From Pyrobaculum arsenaticum DSM 13514 (GTDB lineage Archaea; Thermoproteota; Thermoprotei; Thermoproteales; Thermoproteaceae): DNA of 32,000 nt. Of the stretch, positions 1 to 7,582 are shown piece after piece. The notes beneath the pieces are model-generated. The model was not told the DNA's origin. It searched no databases and saw only the letters and a list, made by a program, of their open reading frames with translations. The stretch spans positions 1,621,076 to 1,653,075 of the forward strand of contig NC_009376.1 of the NCBI RefSeq assembly GCF_000016385.1, given 5' to 3'. The translations under genes and the position numbers were made by a program. How positions within the stretch are numbered: position 1 is the stretch's first letter; each line of letters opens with the position of its first letter.

Positions 1-414
1 AGAGTGCCCTATGCAGAACTCGAGGGAGTGTTAATACAGAAGATGGTGCCAAAAGGCGTCGAGCTCATAGTAGGGGCTGTCTATGACGAAATATTTGGCC
101 ACGTTGTGGCTTTTGGCCTCGGCGGAATCTACACCGAGCTTTACAAGGATATTTCCATGAGGGTGGTGCCGGTTGATGTCGAGGATGTATGGGAAATGGT
201 ACGTGAGGTCAAGGCCTACCGCCTCTTAACGGGGTTCAGGGGGATGCCGCCTCGCGACATACCCGCCGTCGTGGACATAGTGTACAAATTCTCACGCCTC
301 ATAGAGGATAACCCAGAGATATCAGAAGCTGATCTAAACCCTGTTATAGCCCTCGAGGAGGGGAAGGGAGCCTACGTTGTGGATGCACGCTTTATACTAC
401 GTATTAGCTATTAA
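1..414 (+). CDS. ADP-forming acetyl-CoA (acyl-CoA) synthetase, C-terminal ATP-grasp part; 5' end lies outside the window
   Basis: The frame is open from base 1. VELIVGAVYDEIFGHVVAFGLGGIYTELYKDISMRVVPV ... EADLNPV resembles the beta/ATP-grasp region of NDP-forming acyl-CoA synthetases. Confidence 0.6.
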   Translation, partial: RVPYAELEGVLIQKMVPKGVELIVGAVYDEIFGHVVAFGLGGIYTELYKDISMRVVPVDVEDVWEMVREVKAYRLLTGFRGMPPRDIPAVVDIVYKFSRLIEDNPEISEADLNPVIALEEGKGAYVVDARFILRISY

Positions 415-434
415 TAGGGGGTCAAGTCGATACT

Positions 435-1253
435 GTGAAAAGAAGTTGTTTTAAAAGAGTAGGATGTGTGCCGTCAATTGGCCTAGGCACGTGGGGCATC
501 GGCGGGGGCTTCTGGTCGCCGGATAGTAGCAGAGACGAGGAATGGACCGCGGCTATTGAATACGCAGTTGAAAAAGGGCTGAGGCTAATAGACACCGCGG
601 AGATGTACGGCGGAGGACATGCAGAGGAGCTAGTGGGGAGGGCCATAAAGAGGTACAAGAGAGATGAGCTTTTCATCGTGACAAAGGTATGGCCCACCAA
701 CGCCCGATACGAGGACGTGCTCAAGTCTGCCCAGGCCAGCTCGGTGCGGCTGGGCACCTACATCGATCTCTACCTCCTCCACTGGCCCTCCGATACTGTG
801 CCTATATGCGAGACTGTGAGGGCCTTCGAGACGCTTGTCGACCGCGGCATAATTCGTCACTTTGGAGTGAGCAATTTCTCCCTGCGCCAGATACAAGAGG
901 CGGAGGCTTGTGCCAAGAAGTACGAGCTCGCCGCCGTAGAGAACCACTATTCGCTGTACAACAGGAGGGACGAGGCTGACGTCATTCCCTACGCCCTTTC
1001 AAACGGGATTATGTACATTGCTTACACCCCCCTGGAAAAAGGCGCATTGGCAAAAGACCCACTTCTTGCTGAAATCGCCAAGAGCTACGGTGCAACACCT
1101 ATACAGATCGCCCTCGCGTGGTACGTCAAGCGTGGAGTTGTCCCCATTCCAAAAGCCGGGAGGCGGGAGCATATAGATGAAATAGCTGGCGCATTGCATG
1201 TGGAGCTAAGCGATGAGGACTTCGTCAGGATCTCTGGAGTTCAGAGAAGATAA
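435..1253 (+). CDS. Aldo/keto reductase
   Basis: GLGTWGIGG, IDTAEMYGGGHAEELVG, LYLLHWP and AAVENHYSL are AKR signatures. GTG start. Confidence 0.85.
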   Translation: MKRSCFKRVGCVPSIGLGTWGIGGGFWSPDSSRDEEWTAAIEYAVEKGLRLIDTAEMYGGGHAEELVGRAIKRYKRDELFIVTKVWPTNARYEDVLKSAQASSVRLGTYIDLYLLHWPSDTVPICETVRAFETLVDRGIIRHFGVSNFSLRQIQEAEACAKKYELAAVENHYSLYNRRDEADVIPYALSNGIMYIAYTPLEKGALAKDPLLAEIAKSYGATPIQIALAWYVKRGVVPIPKAGRREHIDEIAGALHVELSDEDFVRISGVQRR

Positions 1254-1761
1254 GCAAAAGGCCCTGGAGATAATAGGCCTATACTACAAGGGGCCTGTAA
1301 AATACGCAAAGGCGATTCTGGAGAGGTGGCCACGCTCAGGCGGTATCGTTGCGTATATGAACGGCGAGACAGCAGGCGCTGAGATCGTCTACAGTGTGGA
1401 TCTAGCCCTGACTGTCTGTGTCCACTACTACATCGCGGTGGTGCCTGAGCACCGGAGAAAAGGCGTGGCGACTCAACTCATCAAGAAGGTAGAGGAGATC
1501 TGCAAAGCTGGCGTGTACATGGCTACCACTACTGATGATAACCACGCGACCATAATGCTCTTCATGAAGCTTGGATATAAGCTATACAGGTGGACTAGTA
1601 TAAGCAAAAGGGCGAGAAACATCTTGCTCAAAGCGACATGCGGCTACGACGACGATGTACTTCTTATTAAAGGCGGTGATCCCGAGGAGGTGGTCAAAGA
1701 AAGCGGAGATGTCGAAAAGCTGTGGCGGGAGACGTGTCTTAAGCCCTATATAGGCCTATAG
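1213..1761 (+). CDS. GNAT-family N-acetyltransferase
   Basis: YYIAVVPEHRRKGVATQLIKKVEEICK is an acetyl-CoA binding motif A (R-x-x-G-x-A type). The start is uncertain because the ORF overlaps the upstream gene by 41 nt. Confidence 0.6.
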   Translation: MRTSSGSLEFREDKQKALEIIGLYYKGPVKYAKAILERWPRSGGIVAYMNGETAGAEIVYSVDLALTVCVHYYIAVVPEHRRKGVATQLIKKVEEICKAGVYMATTTDDNHATIMLFMKLGYKLYRWTSISKRARNILLKATCGYDDDVLLIKGGDPEEVVKESGDVEKLWRETCLKPYIGL

Positions 1762-1782
1762 CGCTACGTATAATTTTTTAAG

Positions 1783-2022
1783 GTGGATGTAAAGGCACAT
1801 GTGGAGGTCTATATAGTTTTTAATAAAGAGCCTCCTGAGGAGTGGATGAGGTTGCCCGGGGTGAGGGCGATAAAAGCCGAAGAACTTGTTTCTATCGACA
1901 AAAAGATCGTCCTCGTCGTCGGCGATAGGGAGCTCGCTAAGCAACTCGGCGTAGGCTACCTAGACGAAGAGGAAGCTAGCGAGTTATTACAATACTTGAA
2001 AAGACTGCTGGGAGGTCGGTGA
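1783..2022 (+). CDS. Small hypothetical protein (79 aa; may instead start at GTG 1801)
   Basis: ORF only, with no recognised motif. A TATA-like GTATAATTTTTTA lies immediately upstream, which favours a later, leaderless start. Confidence 0.3.
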   Translation: MDVKAHVEVYIVFNKEPPEEWMRLPGVRAIKAEELVSIDKKIVLVVGDRELAKQLGVGYLDEEEASELLQYLKRLLGGR

Positions 2023-2112
2023 AGGGCGTTGTGCAGACCTCTCGCCTACCGTGAGGCTCATCACACGCAACATCGGTGCTATGACTTATAAACCAAAGCG
2101 CCGTGGAGGACT

Positions 2113-2164
2113 GTGATGAAGTCTCGGGGAGTAAAGATGAGTGACTTGGCGGTTATCACGCTGA
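2113..2164 (+). ncRNA. Weak box C/D sRNA candidate
   Basis: C box GTGATGA (2113-2119) and D box CTGA (2161-2164) are 52 nt end to end. TTATAAA at 2084-2090 lies about 26 nt upstream. The internal D'/C' boxes are degenerate and the spacing is off. Confidence 0.3.
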
Positions 2165-2213
2165 TTAAACCAGCAGTTTTCTACCAAAACTCTCTGTGTT
2201 TAGGAAGATAAGT

Positions 2214-2290
2214 TGGTGGGCCCGGAGGGATTTGAACCCCCGCCCTACGGGTCTGGAGCCCGCCGCTCTGCCTGGCTGAGCTACGGGCCC
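2214..2290 (-). tRNA. tRNA-Trp (anticodon CCA), intronless, 3' CCA encoded
   Basis: The reverse complement reads GGGCCCG-TA-GCTC-AGCCAGGCA-GAGC-G-GCGGG-CTCCAGA-CCCGT-AGGGC-GGGGG-TTCAAAT-CCCTC-CGGGCCC-A-CCA. All four stems pair, and the 7-nt anticodon loop is C-T-CCA-G-A. Confidence 0.92.
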
Positions 2291-2312
2291 GTGCAAGATT
2301 GTGGTTGTTGTG

Positions 2313-2319
2313 TATTTAT
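2313..2319 (-). promoter_or_regulatory. TATA box for tRNA-Trp
   Basis: ATAAATA on the minus strand is centred about 26 nt upstream of tRNA position 1 (2290). Confidence 0.45.
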
Positions 2320-2407
2320 GTTTTTTGCTATCTGTCCTTGCCGATAGGACACTCTTTCATATTGGTATCACTAATGAGAGTAGGATAAGATATTTGCGAG
2401 AAAAATC

Positions 2408-4144
2408 CTATTTAAATTCGGCGAATTTTTGCTTGTTCCAGCCTGTTAGCGAGAGTCCTGTGACTTTAACCCAGGTTTTCGGATCTACTTTGAATGAGCT
2501 TTCTACCTTCTCGCGGTGGCCTACTACATTATATGTACAGAATGGGAATACTCTGCCGTCGGGCGTGGCGTAGTGTATGTCACAGCGCTGTACTCTCTCT
2601 ACGTCGTAGTTCATGGTATCCATGAAGTGCATTATTCCGATGCCTACAACGTTGAAGAAGAAGCGGCCTAGGGAGTCGTAGTCCTTCCTCACCAAGAAGT
2701 CGTATATCAAGTCTTTCACCTTCTTGTGCTTAACTGCTTTTAACAACTTCAGGGCTTTTACCTTGGCTGTCTGTTTGTGGATGCCGCCCTTCACTGCGGT
2801 GTAGTATATGTCCCAGGCGCCTTTTTCGAAAGCGTCTACGTCCACCAGCTTGGTGATGGGGTATATCCGCTTCTCGTCTTCGTCGTAGTAGATAAAGGTG
2901 GCGGCGCCGCACATGGGGTTCATTGAGAAGAGCGGTTTGGGCGAATCGGTCAGCGCCTCTACCATTTTGGCTAGTGCCACTGGCCAATTGGTGGGGCGCC
3001 AGTCCCACCTGCTAATGACGCCGCCTGTCTGCTTCTCTATCTCTATTATGGTGTCAGGTATTGTTATTCTGTACTTTCTAAGCTCTTCCTTGCTGTATAG
3101 CTTGGCCCTGCCTGAAAAGCTCACTGGCTGTATGTTTACCCACCTCACCACGTCTCTGTTCTGAACGGCGAAGTCGACTATTTTGCCTAGGTCTTGGTCG
3201 TTGTAGTTCTTAGCGAGGGTGACCACTAGGACGATGGAGCGGTGGCCTAGCTTCCTGGCGTTTTCGATGACCTTCTCCTTTATGATCCTGTAGGCCTTGG
3301 GGTGGTAGAGCCTGTGCCTCCAGACGCCCTCGTTCTTCTCGTCTATTGTGTCGAACTGCAGGTACAGAGTAGAGATCCCAGCGTCAAGAAGCGCCTTGTA
3401 GTACTCAATATCATTAGCAAGTCTTATGCCGTTGGTGTTTATCTCTATGTGGGTGAAGCCGAGCTTCTTGGCCATCCTCACTATTTCGGGCAGGTCGTCT
3501 CTGAGAGTGGGCTCCCCTCCCGATATCTGAATGGCGTTGGGCGGCCACGGCTTCTGCGCTCTCAGTGTCCTGAGCATATACTCGATCTGCTCTAGCGTGG
3601 GCTCGTAGACATAGCCTGCGGCACCGGCGTTTGCGAAGCAGACGGGACAGGCCATATTGCACCTATTAGTGACGTCTATGATGGCGAGTACTGTGTTGGA
3701 CTTGTGGACTGGGCAGAGGCCACAGCCCTCGGGGCATGAGCCCATGTCTTTGTAAAACTCCAGGTCCGTGTATGGGTTGGCGAGGCCCTTGGCGATGTAC
3801 TCAGGGCGGTCCCACTGGAGGAAGTAGTAGTACATCTCTGCGTCGCCCCAGTAGAGGTCTTCAAAGACGCCGTGGTGTGGACAGCTCTTCTTCAGCCATA
3901 TCGCGCCGTTTTCTTCATACACTACGGCGGGTATTCTGGCGTTGCAGACTGGGCAAAGGGAGAGAGTTGCTTTAACCACCCTGGTGTGGGCTGGCAGTCC
4001 GTACTGCCTCTTCAACGTAGACTGCCACTTCTCGTTGAGGAGAGTGGTCTTGTACCTTTCAGGTAGGTTGTACTTAGACAAATCCACAAGTCTGGCTGGC
4101 TTCTCTTCTCGGACTGTAGCCAGCTCGGCAACTTGCTTGCTCAT
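2408..4144 (-). CDS. Radical SAM enzyme with N-terminal zinc ribbon; probable tetraether lipid synthase (Tes / GDGT-MAS family)
   Basis: CNMACPVC is a CxxxCxxC radical SAM site. GSCPEGCGLCPVH is an auxiliary Cys cluster, and CPVC...CPHHG is an N-terminal ribbon. QISGGEPTLR is also present. The 578-aa architecture matches what I recall for the MJ0619/Tes family. Confidence 0.7.
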   Translation of the reverse strand: MSKQVAELATVREEKPARLVDLSKYNLPERYKTTLLNEKWQSTLKRQYGLPAHTRVVKATLSLCPVCNARIPAVVYEENGAIWLKKSCPHHGVFEDLYWGDAEMYYYFLQWDRPEYIAKGLANPYTDLEFYKDMGSCPEGCGLCPVHKSNTVLAIIDVTNRCNMACPVCFANAGAAGYVYEPTLEQIEYMLRTLRAQKPWPPNAIQISGGEPTLRDDLPEIVRMAKKLGFTHIEINTNGIRLANDIEYYKALLDAGISTLYLQFDTIDEKNEGVWRHRLYHPKAYRIIKEKVIENARKLGHRSIVLVVTLAKNYNDQDLGKIVDFAVQNRDVVRWVNIQPVSFSGRAKLYSKEELRKYRITIPDTIIEIEKQTGGVISRWDWRPTNWPVALAKMVEALTDSPKPLFSMNPMCGAATFIYYDEDEKRIYPITKLVDVDAFEKGAWDIYYTAVKGGIHKQTAKVKALKLLKAVKHKKVKDLIYDFLVRKDYDSLGRFFFNVVGIGIMHFMDTMNYDVERVQRCDIHYATPDGRVFPFCTYNVVGHREKVESSFKVDPKTWVKVTGLSLTGWNKQKFAEFK

Positions 4145-4161
4145 GGTCTCGGCATGGTGGC

Positions 4162-4171
4162 TTTTTTTAAA
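4162..4171 (-). promoter_or_regulatory. TATA box for the radical SAM gene
   Basis: TTTAAAAAAA on the minus strand lies about 23 nt upstream of the ATG at 4144. Confidence 0.4.
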
Positions 4172-4196
4172 CTTTTTAACTGTTTTATGTGAAAAG

Positions 4197-4204
4197 AATT
4201 AAAG
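4197..4204 (+). promoter_or_regulatory. TATA box for the TrmB-like regulator gene
   Basis: AATTAAAG lies about 23 nt upstream of the GTG at 4223. Confidence 0.4.
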
Positions 4205-4222
4205 ATAAGTTCTTACACAGCT

Positions 4223-4942
4223 GTGGATCAGCTGGGCAAAGTGCTGGCGTCTTTTGGCATTGGGAAGAGGGAGGTGGACATATACCTAGCGCTAGTGGAG
4301 AGGGGGGAGATGACTGCTAGGGAGCTATCCGACCTGCTGGGCATACCCTACACCAAGATATATGCACATCTTGAAAGGCTGGAGAGACTTGGCTTAATCA
4401 CACCGACAGGCGGTGTGCGGCCGGCTAAATTCAGAGCTACACCCCCCGTGGAGGTATACAGAATATTAGTGAGGCAGACTTCCGAAGTTCTAAAGACTTT
4501 GAAGCCGTTTTTTGACAGCCTGCAGATAGTCTATGAGTCCAGATACGCGGCGGCAACGTCGACATTTCTCACACTAATACGCGGCGCCGAGAGGGTCTCC
4601 GACTTGATCAACGAGGTGTTGTCCGAAGCTGAGACTGAGGCATATCTAGCTCTACCTTTCGAAGAACTTATCTCCTACAAGCTGTTCGCCACGATAGTAG
4701 AGGAGTCTAAGCGTATTTCAATTAAGGTGCTCACTACAGTGCGGCTAAGGGTGAAGTTTGACCTGCCCCCCCGGGTGGAGGTAAGGGCCGTCCCCGAGAT
4801 GTTCGGCGGGGGCGCCATAGGGGGTTCGGTATTGATATTTGTCAAGCACGGCGGCGAAATCTCTGGTGTTTACTCCAACGAGCGTTTTATAGCGGAAATC
4901 GCCAAGACATACTTCTATAACGTATGGCAACGGGCAAAATAG
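4223..4942 (+). CDS. TrmB-family winged-helix transcriptional regulator
   Basis: The N-terminus FGIGKREVDIYLALVERGEMTARELSDLLGIPYTKIYAHLERLERLGLI is a typical TrmB wHTH. Confidence 0.7.
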   Translation: MDQLGKVLASFGIGKREVDIYLALVERGEMTARELSDLLGIPYTKIYAHLERLERLGLITPTGGVRPAKFRATPPVEVYRILVRQTSEVLKTLKPFFDSLQIVYESRYAAATSTFLTLIRGAERVSDLINEVLSEAETEAYLALPFEELISYKLFATIVEESKRISIKVLTTVRLRVKFDLPPRVEVRAVPEMFGGGAIGGSVLIFVKHGGEISGVYSNERFIAEIAKTYFYNVWQRAK

Positions 4943-4969
4943 CTATATAATATAGGTGTAGCCATTTCC

Positions 4970-5023
4970 GTGATGACTTTTTAGTGGGTCCTCTGAATTG
5001 GTGAAGATGGTCTGGAGCTCTGA
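4970..5023 (+). ncRNA. Box C/D sRNA guiding 2'-O-methylation of tRNA-Trp C34 (and probably C39)
   Basis: The boxes are C GTGATGA (4970-4976), D' CTGA (4993-4996), C' GTGAAGA (5001-5007) and D CTGA (5020-5023). The 12-nt D guide TGGTCTGGAGCT is complementary to tRNA-Trp nt 31-40 (GCUCCAGACC). Confidence 0.75.
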
Positions 5024-5024
5024 T

Positions 5025-7409
5025 CTAGGACTCCACTACTGCCTCGGAGCTCTCTTTTTTATCCACCTTGAAGAGGAGCGCGTTGGGAACCGCTTCTTTT
5101 ATCATCTCCGCGAATTCCCTCGACTGGGTAGCGACAACTATCTGGAAACGGCTCGCCAGCGCCTTGACCACTTCGGCAAAGGCTCTTCTTATGTTCACAT
5201 CCACGTAGGGGATCGGCTCGTCGAAGATTACAAATCCCAAGTTTATTCTTGCGATGTCCCGGAGCGCCAGCGCGAGGGCAAGGGCTATGGAGAGTCGCTG
5301 ACCGTCGCTGAGCTTAGAGATTCCATATCTATCCCCGGTGGGAGTTATGGCGTGGAAGTCGTAGAAGCCTCTGCGCTGTTCTAAGTCGGCATCAACCCTT
5401 ACGATGTCGCCATATCTGTACAGAGAGGTGAATACCTCGTTGAATCTGCTCCTAGCCACCTCAAGGAGCCGCGCCCTCGCGTTGATCTTGGCAAGCTCCA
5501 GCTTAGCCTTAACCTCCTGCAACTTGCCATAGGCGTACAGGGTGTTGTCCAGTTTCTTTTTTAACGCCTCGGCGTCTTCGCCGACTTCTCTCACAACTTC
5601 TTCTAGGAGGGCTTTCTCTCTATATGCCTCGGCGAGTTTGCGCGAGGTTTTTTCAAGCTCCTCTACGACCTCTCTCCAGTTTACATCAATGTTTATGACA
5701 TCGCTCGTGATCCCGATCTTTTTCAACGAGTCCTCGATTTCTCTTAAACGCTTACGCAACTCTCTAATCCTTACAGCCCTTCCATACTTGGCGAGGGTAT
5801 CGGATATAGTTCTTCTATCAACTCTAGCCAGCAACAAGCGTAGTCTTTCTGTCTTCTTCTCAAGCTGTTTCCAGGATTTCTCTGCTTGCAACGCCTTCTT
5901 TGCTGCCTCTTCCCTCTCGGTTTCAAGCTCCTCTAATCTAGTCTTCACGGCTAGATACTCCGCGACCTCGCCGCTTAGCGCCTCCGCCTCTTCCACGGCT
6001 TTTTCCAGCTGAGAAGCCCTCTCCTTCAGCTCCTCCACCTCCTTGATGAGAGTTCCGTGTCTAGCCTCCACCTCCTCCACACGGCGAAGGAGATCCTCTT
6101 TCCGCACAGGAGCGCCGCATATGGGGCACTTTTCTGCCCCAGTCTCCGCGGCGTAGAGCGCCACTACTCTCAACGCGGAGGAGTAAGAAACCTCTCTTTC
6201 CAACGTCTGAATCTGTCTTCTAAGCTCCGCCAGCGAGGCGCGAGCCGAATCCACTGACTGGATAGTCTTCTGTAACTCCTTGAAACGAGCGTAGTACTTC
6301 TCAAGTCTTTTTAGCCTTTCCCGTGCCTCGGCTATCTCCTCATCAATTTTCCTAACTCTTGCCGAGTATTGTTCGTAGAGTTTTTTCGCTTCTGCAATCT
6401 GCGCTTCTAGTTCGTTTTGCAACCTCGACAAGGCGTTGTACGCCTCCATCATGGCAATAGACAGCGACTCCACATCGCCGGCTTTTGAGAGCTTCTCGGC
6501 AAGCTCCTCGCCCACGACATGTTCAAATTCCTCTACGGCTTCTCTGAGCGCATCTCTCAGCCTCTCCACTGTTGACTGGTCAAAAGTCCCCCCCTCTGTA
6601 GCGCTTTCTAAAACCTCTAGTTCCGATCTTGTCTTGTAGTACTCAAGGAGCATAGACTCGTGCTCCCTCAGCTTGGCTAAGTGCTCCGCTCTTTTTCTTG
6701 CTAAGTCCTCTGCGTCTCTAGACAGCGCCGCTTCCCTCTCCTTCAGGGTTTCTACCTCTTTTGTTAAGTCTTCTAGGCGCTTCTTGACGCTGGCGAAACC
6801 GCCGTATCTTCTGATCACCTCCTTATACTTCTCATACGCCGCAAGCCTCCCCCTTAGTTCCTCGGCCTTGGCCAAAAGGGACTTCTCAACAGACGAAACA
6901 ACCCGGACAACGCTATCTATCACATCGATACCGAAGAGCCTATCTACTGTTAGCGACCTCTTCTGCGAAGTGCCGTAGATAAAGCCCTCTAGGGTCCTAT
7001 GCGATATGTAGATGAGTCTTTCGTAGATATCCTCGTCGGCGCCTAACAGCTCCTCCAGCCTCCTTTCCGCCTCTCTCCCCCGGAGCTCTTCCCCGTTGAT
7101 TCTCACCACTATCTTTTCGTCGCCGCGCCTCCCTAGGCGCCTTTCTATCTCGAGCAATCTCCCACCATCGCTTAGGACGAGGGAGACTCGCATCTCGTGA
7201 GCTTCGACGTTGATTAGGTCTAGCAACTTGGCGACTCTTTCCTTGACCTCCAATTGCCTCCCGTAGAGGGCGTACTCAACTGCGTATAGGAGAGATGTCT
7301 TACCAGCCCCTATTCTCCCCCACAGTATGTTCACATCGCCTAGGCTCACAACATGCCTCCCCTTGTAGGAGCGGAAGTTTTCCAGCTCAATCCTCTCTAT
7401 CCTCCACAT
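5025..7409 (-). CDS. Rad50/SMC-like coiled-coil ABC ATPase; arcadin-4 of the crenactin cluster
   Basis: Walker A is GRIGAGKTS, the signature motif is LSDGQR, and the Walker B/D-loop is FVIFDEPIPYVD. About 550 aa of heptad-rich E/K/L/R sequence carry CPICG at residues 428-431. It is the last gene of the crenactin operon. Confidence 0.85.
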   Translation of the reverse strand: MWRIERIELENFRSYKGRHVVSLGDVNILWGRIGAGKTSLLYAVEYALYGRQLEVKERVAKLLDLINVEAHEMRVSLVLSDGGRLLEIERRLGRRGDEKIVVRINGEELRGREAERRLEELLGADEDIYERLIYISHRTLEGFIYGTSQKRSLTVDRLFGIDVIDSVVRVVSSVEKSLLAKAEELRGRLAAYEKYKEVIRRYGGFASVKKRLEDLTKEVETLKEREAALSRDAEDLARKRAEHLAKLREHESMLLEYYKTRSELEVLESATEGGTFDQSTVERLRDALREAVEEFEHVVGEELAEKLSKAGDVESLSIAMMEAYNALSRLQNELEAQIAEAKKLYEQYSARVRKIDEEIAEARERLKRLEKYYARFKELQKTIQSVDSARASLAELRRQIQTLEREVSYSSALRVVALYAAETGAEKCPICGAPVRKEDLLRRVEEVEARHGTLIKEVEELKERASQLEKAVEEAEALSGEVAEYLAVKTRLEELETEREEAAKKALQAEKSWKQLEKKTERLRLLLARVDRRTISDTLAKYGRAVRIRELRKRLREIEDSLKKIGITSDVINIDVNWREVVEELEKTSRKLAEAYREKALLEEVVREVGEDAEALKKKLDNTLYAYGKLQEVKAKLELAKINARARLLEVARSRFNEVFTSLYRYGDIVRVDADLEQRRGFYDFHAITPTGDRYGISKLSDGQRLSIALALALALRDIARINLGFVIFDEPIPYVDVNIRRAFAEVVKALASRFQIVVATQSREFAEMIKEAVPNALLFKVDKKESSEAVVES

Positions 7410-7557
7410 CCACCCCCAGCGCCTTTAGGTATTCGAGTAGGGCTCTCCTCACTCCGCGGGGCCCACCCTCCCTATATGCCTGAATAAGACTCTCCGCCAA
7501 CTTGCTCTCGGCTGTGTTGCCAAAGGCCCTTCTGACCTCTTCGAGGAGAATGTCCAC
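7387..7557 (-). CDS. Unlisted 56-aa ORF between arcadin-2 and arcadin-4 (candidate arcadin-3)
   Basis: Hand translation from the GTG start gives VDILLEEVRRAFGNTAESKLAESLIQAYREGGPRGVRRALLEYLKALGVDVEDRED*. It fills the only gap in the operon, and its 3' end overlaps the arcadin-4 start by 23 nt. Confidence 0.4.
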   Translation of the reverse strand: MDILLEEVRRAFGNTAESKLAESLIQAYREGGPRGVRRALLEYLKALGVDVEDRED

Positions 7558-7582
7558 GCCTAGTATTGTCCCGGGGTTTATA

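Noticed and set aside
2301-2573. A 90-aa plus-strand ORF between tRNA-Trp and the radical SAM gene.
   Set aside because: It starts inside the tRNA promoter region and runs antisense into the well-supported radical SAM CDS. It has no motif and a hydrophobic, junk-like sequence.
5542-6978. Several long plus-strand ORFs (5542-6012, 6436-6639, 6673-6978 and others) encoding Ser/Leu/Phe-rich peptides.
   Set aside because: They lie antisense to the arcadin-4 coiled coil. Reverse complements of GAG/AAG/CTC-rich heptad coding sequence are naturally stop-poor. They have no motifs and low-complexity composition.
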